A program made the translations under genes and the position numbers. Shown here piece by piece: positions 21,558 to 31,145 of a stretch of DNA of 64,000 nucleotides. Position 1 is the stretch's first letter. Every line of letters starts with the position of its first letter. The stretch comes from Corallochytrium limacisporum Hawaii (Eukaryota; Protista; Pluriformea). The notes beneath the pieces are model-generated. The model searched no databases and had not been told where the DNA came from. It was given only the letters and a program-made list of their open reading frames with translations. The stretch is from the NCBI GenBank assembly GCA_002811645.1, contig PDIP01000142.1, positions 51,616 through 115,615 on the forward strand, read 5' to 3'.

Positions 21558-22952
21558 TCACATGCCTGGCCTGCCCGGCTTGCGTAGCGCTCCTGCAACC
21601 TCACGCATGATACGATCAACCACAGCATTCTTATCTTCACCTACGCCATCGGTCTTCTTCAACGCTTCCATGAACCGCTTAGTAAACGTATCAACCTGTT
21701 GGGGTTGCAGCTGTCCAGTAATCTGGGGGTTCAACACACCAAAGATAGTGAGCATGCCATGTCGTAGTTTGCGTATACTTGCCTTGCTGGTGCCTGCCTT
21801 CTGCTGAGTTGTGGCCAACTCCTTCTTTAAGCTATCATTGAGCTGCTTAATGCGATCACGCTCTGCTTCCAGTGGTTTTAAGGACCGCTGCAGCTCGTTG
21901 TTCTCTGCTTCAAGGCGCTCAATTTCATAGATCAGGCTAGCGGCCTCGGGCTCGCCCTTTGTTAGCTGACCAACCAGAAGAGCCTTCATCTCACTTTCCT
22001 GTGCTTTGAGCAAATTTGTCAAGTCGTCTACAAAGGCCTTTGCCGCTTGCTCCCCATGTACCGCAGGCGTGCTTACGGACGGTATGGCCGCAAGCGGTGA
22101 CGATGGCGCGGTGTTGTTAACAGACTTAATATCCGATTGGGACGCTTTGTCACTGTCCCGGTCATCGCCCTCAAAGGATGGTACAGCATCCAGTTTTGCC
22201 TCTTTTTGTCCGCGATTTTCGTCCTCTATGCTACTCATCTTGCGCTTGCGCTCCATTGGGACCAGTGGTTTTGTAACCGCAGGCTCACTTCCTGCACGAC
22301 TCAGGGACATACTGGAATCGGCATTTTCTTTGTTCTTGGCATTCACAACAATGTGCCCATTGCTCTTTATCTGTAAATTAGTCTCCGATTTCTCCCCATT
22401 TTGATTTTGCTCCTGCTTCGCTTTTTCGATAGATTTGATGTGCTTGACACAGTACACAAGGTGTTTACCGTTATCTTCAATGAGTAGCTTGTACTGTTGT
22501 GCACAGGTTACGTGCATGGTCTTCTTACATCCTTCCGAAGCACATGGCACTGCAACACCTACAGCCATCAAGTCAGATTTGTTTGTACGCGAACAAATGT
22601 AGCACTTGCTATTCCATTGTGCCGGAGTGATTTCGTCAAGGACTACGGGAGATCTGCGTTCAGGATCGCCAAATTTCACATTCGGAACGTATAGAGCACA
22701 AACCACGTGTGCCCAGCCTTCTGGACTTGCTTCCTTAAATGCTCCTTTCTTTGAGGGGCACAGAGCACATTTAAGTGCGGCCGCAGAGATACCAGCTCTG
22801 CAACGGTCACATTTCCAAGGTCCTTCACTTTGCACTGTTCCGTAGCATTGGGCATGAACAGGAACACCACATCCGTTCTCCGCATTGCACACAATGGGAT
22901 CTGGGGTGTCGCTGCTACATATACAACAGCGTATTCCTTCTGAGGCAACCAT
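21558..22952 (-). CDS. AF10/AF17 (MLLT10/MLLT6)-like PZP-domain protein with OM-LZ
   Basis: PHD-Zn knuckle-PHD (VHAQCYG, WKCDRC, CALCPSKKGAFK, WAHVVCALYVPNVKFG, HVTCAQ) plus C-terminal leucine zipper. Confidence 0.88.
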   Translation of the reverse strand: MVASEGIRCCICSSDTPDPIVCNAENGCGVPVHAQCYGTVQSEGPWKCDRCRAGISAAALKCALCPSKKGAFKEASPEGWAHVVCALYVPNVKFGDPERRSPVVLDEITPAQWNSKCYICSRTNKSDLMAVGVAVPCASEGCKKTMHVTCAQQYKLLIEDNGKHLVYCVKHIKSIEKAKQEQNQNGEKSETNLQIKSNGHIVVNAKNKENADSSMSLSRAGSEPAVTKPLVPMERKRKMSSIEDENRGQKEAKLDAVPSFEGDDRDSDKASQSDIKSVNNTAPSSPLAAIPSVSTPAVHGEQAAKAFVDDLTNLLKAQESEMKALLVGQLTKGEPEAASLIYEIERLEAENNELQRSLKPLEAERDRIKQLNDSLKKELATTQQKAGTSKASIRKLRHGMLTIFGVLNPQITGQLQPQQVDTFTKRFMEALKKTDGVGEDKNAVVDRIMREVAGALRKPGRPGM

Positions 22953-22953
22953 T

Positions 22954-22990
22954 TTCTTTACATGGCTATACCTATTCTTTACATGGCTAT
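22954..22990. repeat. 16-bp direct repeat (period 21) immediately upstream of the AF10-like start codon
   Basis: TTCTTTACATGGCTAT at 22954-22969 and 22975-22990. Confidence 0.95.
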
Positions 22991-23752
22991 TTCTTTCAAA
23001 GCAAACTGTAATAGGCTACACGAAATTATCAGGTACCTCCGATGCCAACTTGAATAGTCACCATGAATTCAGGGTTTTGATCCCAATGAAATCGTTTTTG
23101 AAATAGCCATAGTATAAGATTAATCTCTCTTTGTCCCACATTTCTTCGGGAAGGAACACTGCGCCGCTGTGGCCCACTGATGATCAGGTCATGTCCCGGT
23201 TCCTACGCCGGCCCTTCCCCCAACGCGGGGGAGGCTCACTGTGTGTGTGGCTTGCTCTTGTTCGCTGCCAAGTTCGCGCCCCGCCCAGGGGCCGCAAGCA
23301 CCCCAGGCTATCACTCTGAACCGCCCCCTCCCCCCCCCCTTTTTTTTTTTTTTTTTTTTTGGGCCGTTTCCTAAGCTGCGCACCGCGAAGACAAAGGGGC
23401 AAAGACCCCCGCAAAGGTGAACATTCGGACCCCTTTTTGATCATACTTTCAGTATAACGCCCAAGAAACGCTGGTCCACAATCTGGCATTGGGAGTATCC
23501 CCTCCGCCTGGAGGAACCGCGGATTCTAGTCATTATTTCAGTACCGCCCCCTCGCCCCCCCAAGCGACCGGTGATCCGGGATCGGTTTTTCTTTCGGTGG
23601 ACCGGCTGCTGCTGCCACGATACCGGCCCCGAGGTCAATACATTCAATACTGGGGGGGGGTGCTTGGTACTAAATGTATGGTGGCGGCTGGAATATTGAT
23701 TTGTGAGAAGGGCCCTTCTCCTCCCCCCGGAGGGCCGGGAACGGAGGAAATT

Positions 23753-23770
23753 GCGCGGGAAGGCTTTGAA
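23753..23770 (+). promoter_or_regulatory. CDE/E2F-CHR-like tandem element
   Basis: GCGCGGGA-aggc-TTTGAA with a 4-nt spacer, about 190 nt before the ATG at 23956. Confidence 0.45.
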
Positions 23771-23955
23771 AGGCGGCAGGGCTGAAGGGAAACTTGGCAG
23801 ACCCAACTTTTCGTACTCTGAAAAGTGCCATGCTGTCGAGGTCAATGAGAGTGGTGTTCCTTCTTCCTTGGCAGACGCTGCTACTGAAAGGCTCGAGAGC
23901 ACAGATCTGTTCATAGGATGAGCTTGGAACCCAGGGAAATCGAACCGTTACAAAG

Positions 23956-24593
23956 ATGCCCACACAACAGTCACAGATCCCGGCTTACGCACGGCCAACG
24001 GCCAGCTCTCGAAGGCGGACTGGCCAAACCGTAGAGACGGACAAGCATGAGCGGCAACCTCTCAGACGGGTTCACACAAATGCACCGAGCAAGACACGGA
24101 TTATGAAGACAACTGGAATCAAATCCATATCAGCCAAAGCTCAGGCATCCAAAACTCAAATTCCCAATACCCAAGCTCAGAATGCTCAAGCGCTCAACAA
24201 GCTCGAGAAAAAGATCACGGGTGCGACAAAAGTGGGCACGGCCGAGGATAAGAAGATCCTGGAGCAGGAAATCACTTCGCTAAAGAGGCAGCTGGCATGT
24301 ATTCAGGCAGAAAATGCTCGTTTGGTCAAGAAGGACCTTCGGGAACCCTTTGAGCATGAAACTGAATTTGATGCTGAGCTGCGTGATCAGGGTCTTGAAG
24401 CCCTGCTAAAGGAGCGTCTGGAAGCTCGTCTCAACGCCTTAGAGAAGTTGGACCATGAGCTCGTAAAGGTAAGCATTGAGTTTGAGCAATCTTCTCACAC
24501 TGTTGAATGGACCCGGGGTTGCTAACCATTGATTATCATGTACATTCTTTTAATTTTTCAAACATGAAGATGGAAATGGGCCTGGAAGCCTAA
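23956..24593 (+). CDS. Basic/coiled-coil protein with SxIP motifs, probable microtubule-associated protein; predicted intron 24469-24569
   Basis: SQIP and TQIP motifs, PAYARPTASS, C-terminal coiled coil. Phase-0 donor AAG|GTAAGC, branch GCTAAC, first following acceptor AAG|ATG gives last exon MEMGLEA*. The unspliced ORF ends at 24525. Confidence 0.72.
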
Positions 24594-24667
24594 CAGATGA
24601 GCTGGTGAATGCGTCACTAATCTATACAAGCATCCACATTACAAGAACTATCACAAACGTTAATGCC

Positions 24668-27025
24668 TTATGAGGTCGCAACCTTTTCAGTTAGATGCAG
24701 TGTTGGAACCTCTGCACCACCCAAAGCGGCCATGTCCCTTAATGCCTTCAGAACCTCATCAAGGAATTCCTGGGAAGCAGTTTCGGGAGCAGACTTCTTG
24801 GAGGAAATATGGAAAAAGATGCGCTCGGGACCAGCAAGCATGTAAAAAATACCATAGCCGTCATGGGCAACTGGACCAAAGCCACCTCCGGGACTGTGGA
24901 GCTTAGCTTGCTTGGGATCGTTCTGATCCCACAGCATTGTCTGCTGCTGAGGAACCTGCGATGTGCTGAGCTTCCAGGGCATGCTCAAGGCTTCGTCCAA
25001 GAACCCTGCCTCAATACCCAACCCCTTTGCAACAACGTACAATCCAAACAGATGACGATCAATTGCCTGTCCGGTCATGCAACGTTGGTTGTACTTCGTA
25101 TGACGGTCTGAGGCGGCGCGCAGCAGTTTAAGCTTCTCTTCTTGGCCGGCGTTCTTGTCACACATGGCCTGTGCAAAGGCCGCTGCTTCATTGGAGCAGC
25201 TTCGGATCGTTTCAGTGCGTCCATCAGTGAAAAGACGGGTCATGGAAGACTCGTACGTCAAGCAGCTCTTACCATATTTGCGCCGGTACGCGGTTTGGAA
25301 TGCCATCTGAATAAACGCGTCAGGGCTGCACTTCAGAGCCTTAGCGGTCTCCTTGCCCACTCCATCGACGCAAACAGCTTTCATCTCAAAATCAGAAACC
25401 TGTTCTTGCACAAATTGCTTGCATGCCACGATTTCCCGCTTCAGATCTGCAGAGAAGTTCCACTCCAAATGAACCGGAGCCTTGAGACTGCGCAGGGAGT
25501 CAGGAGCGTGGCGTCCGTGCTGATTATAAGTGATCTCATTAACTTCCGTAAAGCTCACCCACTCGTAGGTATGACTCATAACGGGTGCATCCGCCCATGC
25601 ATGCTCGACATTGAGACCGTTGCGACCGTTCTCAAAGACAATCAGGGTGAAGGACTTATCAAACCAGCGCATTTGACCATCTCCGTGAATCAGCATGTTG
25701 GCCTCCTCAGTTAGCGTAGTGGGTTCACGATCATCGAGAGCAACTGTAAAGATTGCAGTCTCAATCATTCTCAGGGATGCCCGCGAAATGCCACGTTTCA
25801 AGAATGCAGAGCGAACACGGGCCCAGTTCTTTCTGTCCCAAGCAGTAAGCATGCTGATGGGGTAGTCGCGGGTGTCCGTATCATACTCACTGCGCTTATC
25901 AGCATCAGACTTGATCCATTCCAGCTGCTTCTCGAGTTCGTAAGGAGTCAGGGGGCGGCCGTCACGATGGGTCAAACCTAATGCATAGAAGTGGTTCTTC
26001 CGCATGACCACGATGTGCTGACTCTCCGAGCGCCCGAAGGTAACAAGCTTATCGCGTTCCAGACCAGGAATACGGGTGGTGGAAAACAGACGGCGGTACT
26101 GATTCATGCACAGAGGAATGAGGCCGCGGATCATACAAGGTTCTAGGGTTTCCCGGTCGATCTGACGTTTCCAGCGCATCAGCGTGTGAATCAAGGAAGC
26201 GGTTTTGGCAGTTTGGACAGGAGTAGTGACAGAGAATGCACTGCCCATTCCGTAGTAGTTAGAGTTGATCATTAGAGATGTACGACCATGAAGATAGACA
26301 TAGTCAACCCACCAATCAGTCAACCAGTTGGACTTCCACCAGCCGCGCAGACTGAGGAACAGCTGCAGCGTCTTGCCCTCCCGCTTCTGGAATCTCTTTG
26401 CCCTTTCCTTAGTTTCTTCAAACTTCTCCTCACTGAGCAATGGCTTCACTGTATCCAGGTAGGTGTCCACTGTCTGCTTCAGCGGCGGCACTGGCAGAGA
26501 TGGTAGAGACCGTGAAAAGGCATAGGTCATCGTCGGCAGTGGCCATGTGCTAGAAGCCACTGAGAGACACAGACCCCAGATCTTGGTGCCAATACCAGGC
26601 TTGCCCTTCAGCCATCCCTGGTAGGATAACAGTGCCTTCAGTGCGAATCTCATAACGAAGGAGTATACAGCGAAGAGAGCAAACACAATCAGAGAGACCA
26701 CGGCTACGCTCTTTGTAAATCTCGAGACTTCAAGGTATGCGGAAGTGGCCTCATCGATCTTATCCACTACTTCATTGATATTCTCCTCGTACCCGTGATT
26801 GCCATTGATCAGTGCAGCCACTGCGACAGTTGCCGAAATGTACGCCAGTGGCCCCGCCGGATATGTCATGTTAAACATGGCATTCCTCGTGGAATATATA
26901 CGACGCATGGTGTTGCGTCGAATGGCACTACTCAGATCCGAGAGATGCGGCAGCAGGTGAATGTGTTCTGCTCCCACATTCTGAATCTCCTCGTAGGCCG
27001 AGGTGGCCATGGTAGCCTCAGCCAT
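24668..27025 (-). CDS. CPT1: Carnitine O-palmitoyltransferase 1
   Basis: MAEA start as in CPT1A, two N-terminal TMs, LPSLPVP, NWLTDWW, RWFDKS, EHAWADAP, DRHL, LSTS, GGFGPV. Confidence 0.96.
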   Translation of the reverse strand: MAEATMATSAYEEIQNVGAEHIHLLPHLSDLSSAIRRNTMRRIYSTRNAMFNMTYPAGPLAYISATVAVAALINGNHGYEENINEVVDKIDEATSAYLEVSRFTKSVAVVSLIVFALFAVYSFVMRFALKALLSYQGWLKGKPGIGTKIWGLCLSVASSTWPLPTMTYAFSRSLPSLPVPPLKQTVDTYLDTVKPLLSEEKFEETKERAKRFQKREGKTLQLFLSLRGWWKSNWLTDWWVDYVYLHGRTSLMINSNYYGMGSAFSVTTPVQTAKTASLIHTLMRWKRQIDRETLEPCMIRGLIPLCMNQYRRLFSTTRIPGLERDKLVTFGRSESQHIVVMRKNHFYALGLTHRDGRPLTPYELEKQLEWIKSDADKRSEYDTDTRDYPISMLTAWDRKNWARVRSAFLKRGISRASLRMIETAIFTVALDDREPTTLTEEANMLIHGDGQMRWFDKSFTLIVFENGRNGLNVEHAWADAPVMSHTYEWVSFTEVNEITYNQHGRHAPDSLRSLKAPVHLEWNFSADLKREIVACKQFVQEQVSDFEMKAVCVDGVGKETAKALKCSPDAFIQMAFQTAYRRKYGKSCLTYESSMTRLFTDGRTETIRSCSNEAAAFAQAMCDKNAGQEEKLKLLRAASDRHTKYNQRCMTGQAIDRHLFGLYVVAKGLGIEAGFLDEALSMPWKLSTSQVPQQQTMLWDQNDPKQAKLHSPGGGFGPVAHDGYGIFYMLAGPERIFFHISSKKSAPETASQEFLDEVLKALRDMAALGGAEVPTLHLTEKVATS

Positions 27026-27775
27026 CTTTGTGGTTGATGATGTGCAATAAACTAATTGTCTACCTATCCGATATTCAAATGCTAAAATCTTCCAAATATG
27101 GAGCCGATGATTTAGTGTCGGAAGTTCTTTGACTGATCGCCTCGGGTTTGAAATACGACCGCGAGGTATCGTAATATCCTTGCTTGCGCAAACCCTTTGC
27201 GACACCGGCTGCTCTATGGATGTCAATGTCGTTTTACTTCATTTATTTGGCTGGATTGTAAGTGGCAGAAAGCACGCACGTTGGCCTTCAGGCGCCACAC
27301 TTCGTACTGGGTATTGATGGAAACCTTTAGCGGGACACGACCGTTTCCCCTCCCCTTCCCTCTATTTCTCGCTTCCCCCCCCTCTCGAGCCTTGCAGCGC
27401 TCACTATCGATGCCAAGCTGTGGTCTCCGCGTCCCTTGGCTCGGTCCCCAGCTGGCTTTGCCATACTAAACGAGCTGCCCGATATTTAGAGAACGGCGCG
27501 GTCTCGCTTAATTTCCGTTGCGCATCGCTTCCTTCGCGTCACTTCCCTCGTCTCTGGTCACGACGGTTCTCAAGAGGGGGGAGGGGCCGCGGCCGGCTCC
27601 TGAACCCAAAAAAGAAAAAAAAAAGAGAAGCCAAGGGCGTATTGAATGACGGCCCCAACAGCGCCACCCCCTCCCGGGGCCCGCCCCGCGGGGGGGGGGG
27701 GGGTTGTTCTGGGCTGCCGTTCGCGGCGGTCGTTGTACAGAATAGCGGCTGTGCATCACTCCTGCCGAGAGAAGG

Positions 27776-27803
27776 TTAGGTTAGGTTAGGGTTAGGGTTA
27801 GGG
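27776..27803 (+). repeat. Short interstitial telomere-like repeat (TTAGG)2(TTAGGG)3
   Basis: TTAGGTTAGGTTAGGGTTAGGGTTAGGG read directly. Confidence 0.9.
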
Positions 27804-28786
27804 GGCATCAACCGTGTGCTGCGTTGTTGGCAACGAGGCCCACTTCCAATGTGAAGGTGCCGCCTTGGCGTATTACACACTGATCAGCCAGCCATGCCTG
27901 CAAAACCGTCCGTGGCATTGGCGTATTGAATATACTCTGTCCGTGCAGACAAGGAAAGGTGCGGGTGATAAGATAGAACCTTGCTCACCTGCACACTCCG
28001 AATAAGCGAGACGGGACTGGGGTGGAAGCAGGTGCAGCGCTAGGTGCGGAGTGCCTTTTTGTCGCGCTCAGTGTGTGTTGCACTCCAACGGTCCCCTGTT
28101 CTAGTACGGCACCGGCAGTGCAAAGGCAGAGAGCGCGAAAAACAAGGAGCACACCGTTGTTACCGCTGCTGACCTGCGTGCCCCCGTCGTTGCGATCCAA
28201 AAGTCCCTTTATTTTTTCATTTATTAAGTTTTTGGTGTTTTCCTTCGTTCCGGGTAAAAATCACACCTGGCTCTGGAGCTTGGAAAGGAAAAAAAACAAA
28301 GGGCAGAGGGACACGATCGAATCCCAAAGGGCGTGATGGCCCCGAGCTTGCGGCGGCAAGGGAGAAAGGGGAGGAAGGGAAGGGGGGGGAATGTGTGAAG
28401 CAGAGTCGAATATCGCAATGGAAGCTTCCAAAAAACTAAAAGAACCCGAAGAAAATCCACCGCATCCGCTAAAAATAGACCAACAAATTCTGGCGAGCGT
28501 GTGCGAGAGCGTGTGCGTGTGTGCGTGTTCTTGGTAGTGGGTGCGCTCTCCCCTTTTTTCATGGGCGGCGGCTAATCATGGCCGAGCGAATGTTTCGTTT
28601 GGGCTACGTAATTGTTCGGTCATACAAAGAGGGACACGGCCCCCCGGGGGGGGGGGAGGTGTTTTGCTCTCTCTCTCTCTCGGCTTTTATTTTTTAGATT
28701 TATTCTGTTTCTTTCCAAAAAGCGCGACTGACTCTCTGTGGCTGCGCGGCTCTTTCGGCAGAGAGAGGCTTCCCCCCCCCCCCCCC

Positions 28787-29125
28787 NNNNNNNNNNNNNN
28801 NNNNNNNNNNNNNNNNNNNNNNNNNNNNNNNNNNNNNNNNNNNNNNNNNNNNNNNNNNNNNNNNNNNNNNNNNNNNNNNNNNNNNNNNNNNNNNNNNNNN
28901 NNNNNNNNNNNNNNNNNNNNNNNNNNNNNNNNNNNNNNNNNNNNNNNNNNNNNNNNNNNNNNNNNNNNNNNNNNNNNNNNNNNNNNNNNNNNNNNNNNNN
29001 NNNNNNNNNNNNNNNNNNNNNNNNNNNNNNNNNNNNNNNNNNNNNNNNNNNNNNNNNNNNNNNNNNNNNNNNNNNNNNNNNNNNNNNNNNNNNNNNNNNN
29101 NNNNNNNNNNNNNNNNNNNNNNNNN
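28787..29125. other. Assembly gap
   Basis: N run between a C homopolymer and a (GA)n tract. Confidence 0.99.

Positions 29126-29176
<51 letters not shown>
29126..29176. repeat. (GA)n microsatellite
   Basis: About 25 GA units abutting the gap. Confidence 0.95.
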
Positions 29177-29180
<4 letters not shown>

Positions 29181-30246
29181 GAGGGGGGAAGGCCTAAGCG
29201 GAGCACCCGGACCAGGCGTGGGTGGTGTTCAGTCTCAAGTGCCTGCCTGTTTCTCATGTGTTCTACGGTAGCACTAGCTAAAAGATTTGTCACTGGTTGC
29301 CTTCTGTGTTCCCAATGGGTCAGGTCTTTGTCGCATTGAGAGATGGTGGCTTTCCTTCACCAGAATTAGACACCGCGGATGTCAAACTGTAGCAACAAAG
29401 ATGTCCATCAATACAGCTCTGCAGGACACCGACATAAATGATCAATCAAATGCTCGGACGCTTGACGCTTGATGTCTGTACATGTCTGAGTGATGAAGAA
29501 TCACAGAGTCTGCACAAGGCAGGTGTGCACACTTCTTCGTCCACGCAGTGTGCAGCCAGCAGAATCGCAGGAGGGCAAGAACAACAGCAACCCACGGCCC
29601 AACGGCACCCATCTCTTCCGTTCACCTTGAAAGTTCTGTGTTCCATAGCAAAATACTGTCAGGAACGGATGATGGTTGGCACCAGGATCCAGCGCAGCAG
29701 GGGAAGAGATTTTTCTTCTACCGAATTTGCTTGGAAGGGTCAGCACCATTTGCGCGAATATCAAATTTTTGAAAATCTTTGCGAAGGCCGTCTCTCCTTG
29801 AAGTACACAAAGGTGGCCAAAAGGAGAGAGACACTGAGACGGGAAGGAAAAAAAAATTGGCTGGCTGGCTGGCTGACCGGCCGGGAACGCGGGTGGATAT
29901 GAACGGGCTGTGTGGTTCGCGTCCGATCAGATTCGCTGTGCCATGGTGGACACTTGGTCCAGGGTACGCAGCCCAGCCGTCTCTGTCAATGACTGTGTAG
30001 TCCACACGATGGTCAGCAGACTACGTCTCAGCATCAAACCCACTAGCGCGGCTAGCATGGTGAAATGAGACACATCTATTTGTCTGCGTAACCACTGCCA
30101 TCGCGGGAGATCACACTAGCAATATTTACATGCCCATCACAAGTGCAGCGACCAATTTCGCACCCAGACAAGAAAAAAGTGAGTAAGCAAACCAAGGTTA
30201 GTGTGCGCGCAGGTATATGTGTATTTGATCAATAAAATTGATTATA

Positions 30247-30837
30247 TTATTCATCCTCCTCAGGGTCGTCCTCGGCCTCAGCGTCACCGTCGACATCGAC
30301 CGTCTGTTCCGGAATTCCATTGCCGTCTCCGTTTTCATTCTCTTCAGGCTGCTCAGCTGGTTGTAGCTGTTTCTCAGTGTGATGGGGCCTATCTGGAACC
30401 CATTGCATGATATCAAAACTGGAGGTCAGAGTCTTCAACGTGACTGGGTTCATGGTCCATTTGCGTGGCACAATCTTCTTTAGGGCATCAATCTCTGCTT
30501 TCCAATTCTCCTTCGTTTCCGCTGACCGTGAAAGATCTGGAACTGGATGAAAATAAGTTTTGTTTGCTGCTAGAGCTCCCCGACGGCGCCGGCGCACCAC
30601 AACACCGTCCCGTGGTGCATCGCCCGCGCCTTCTCCCAGCTGTCGCCGACGTCCCCTTCCTCGTCCTCTTCCTCGTCCTCTTCCTCTCCCTTTTCCTCTT
30701 CCTCTTGTGGATATCTTTTCCCCACTAGGTCGACCTCTGGCGCTGATCTTGGCCTTCTTGATAGTGCCCGCATCTACAGTCGGTGACACTGTGGTGACAA
30801 CGGTCCCAGACCGTGTGCTTCGCCGCGGTCGATCCAT
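30247..30837 (-). CDS. BCL7-like protein (SWI/SNF accessory subunit) with RG repeats and acidic tail
   Basis: SRSAETKENWKAEIDALKKIVPRKWTMNPVTLKTLTSSFDIMQWVP aligns by eye with the BCL7 N-domain RAETRSRAKDDIK...[22 protein letters not shown]; also RRSTR, RGRP, (RG)n. Confidence 0.68.
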   Translation of the reverse strand: MDRPRRSTRSGTVVTTVSPTVDAGTIKKAKISARGRPSGEKISTRGRGKGRGRGRGRGRGRGRRRQLGEGAGDAPRDGVVVRRRRRGALAANKTYFHPVPDLSRSAETKENWKAEIDALKKIVPRKWTMNPVTLKTLTSSFDIMQWVPDRPHHTEKQLQPAEQPEENENGDGNGIPEQTVDVDGDAEAEDDPEEDE

Positions 30838-31145
30838 AAGAGCTATGTACCAGTCACATCTCCACACTTAGCATGCTCAAGGCCTCATAATTGCCCAAGA
30901 TCCTCATTTTCGTTGTGTACGTTTGTATTTTGTGAACACAATTGTTCTTTAGTACCACCGAAAATGTGAAAACAACAACACCGCAGGCTTCCCTGCCACG
31001 AAGAGGGATTCAGAAGGGAACTCGTTGAGGGAGGGGCGGGGAACAGACAAGGCCGCACGCACCAATGGGAAGAGGGGGGGTTCGACAGCTCAAGTTCAAC
31101 TGGGAGTTTATTCCAAAATGATGCGAGGGATACACACTCTGTAAC

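Noticed and set aside
27026-27226. 67-aa N-terminal extension of CPT1 in the ORF track
   Set aside because: Non-ATG start; family homology begins at MAEA (27025).
27776-27803. Telomerase RNA template or true chromosome end
   Set aside because: Five repeats is too long for a template, and the tract is internal with genes on both sides.
28305-28340. tRNA T-arm-like GATCGAATCCC
   Set aside because: No cloverleaf, D-arm or acceptor stem.
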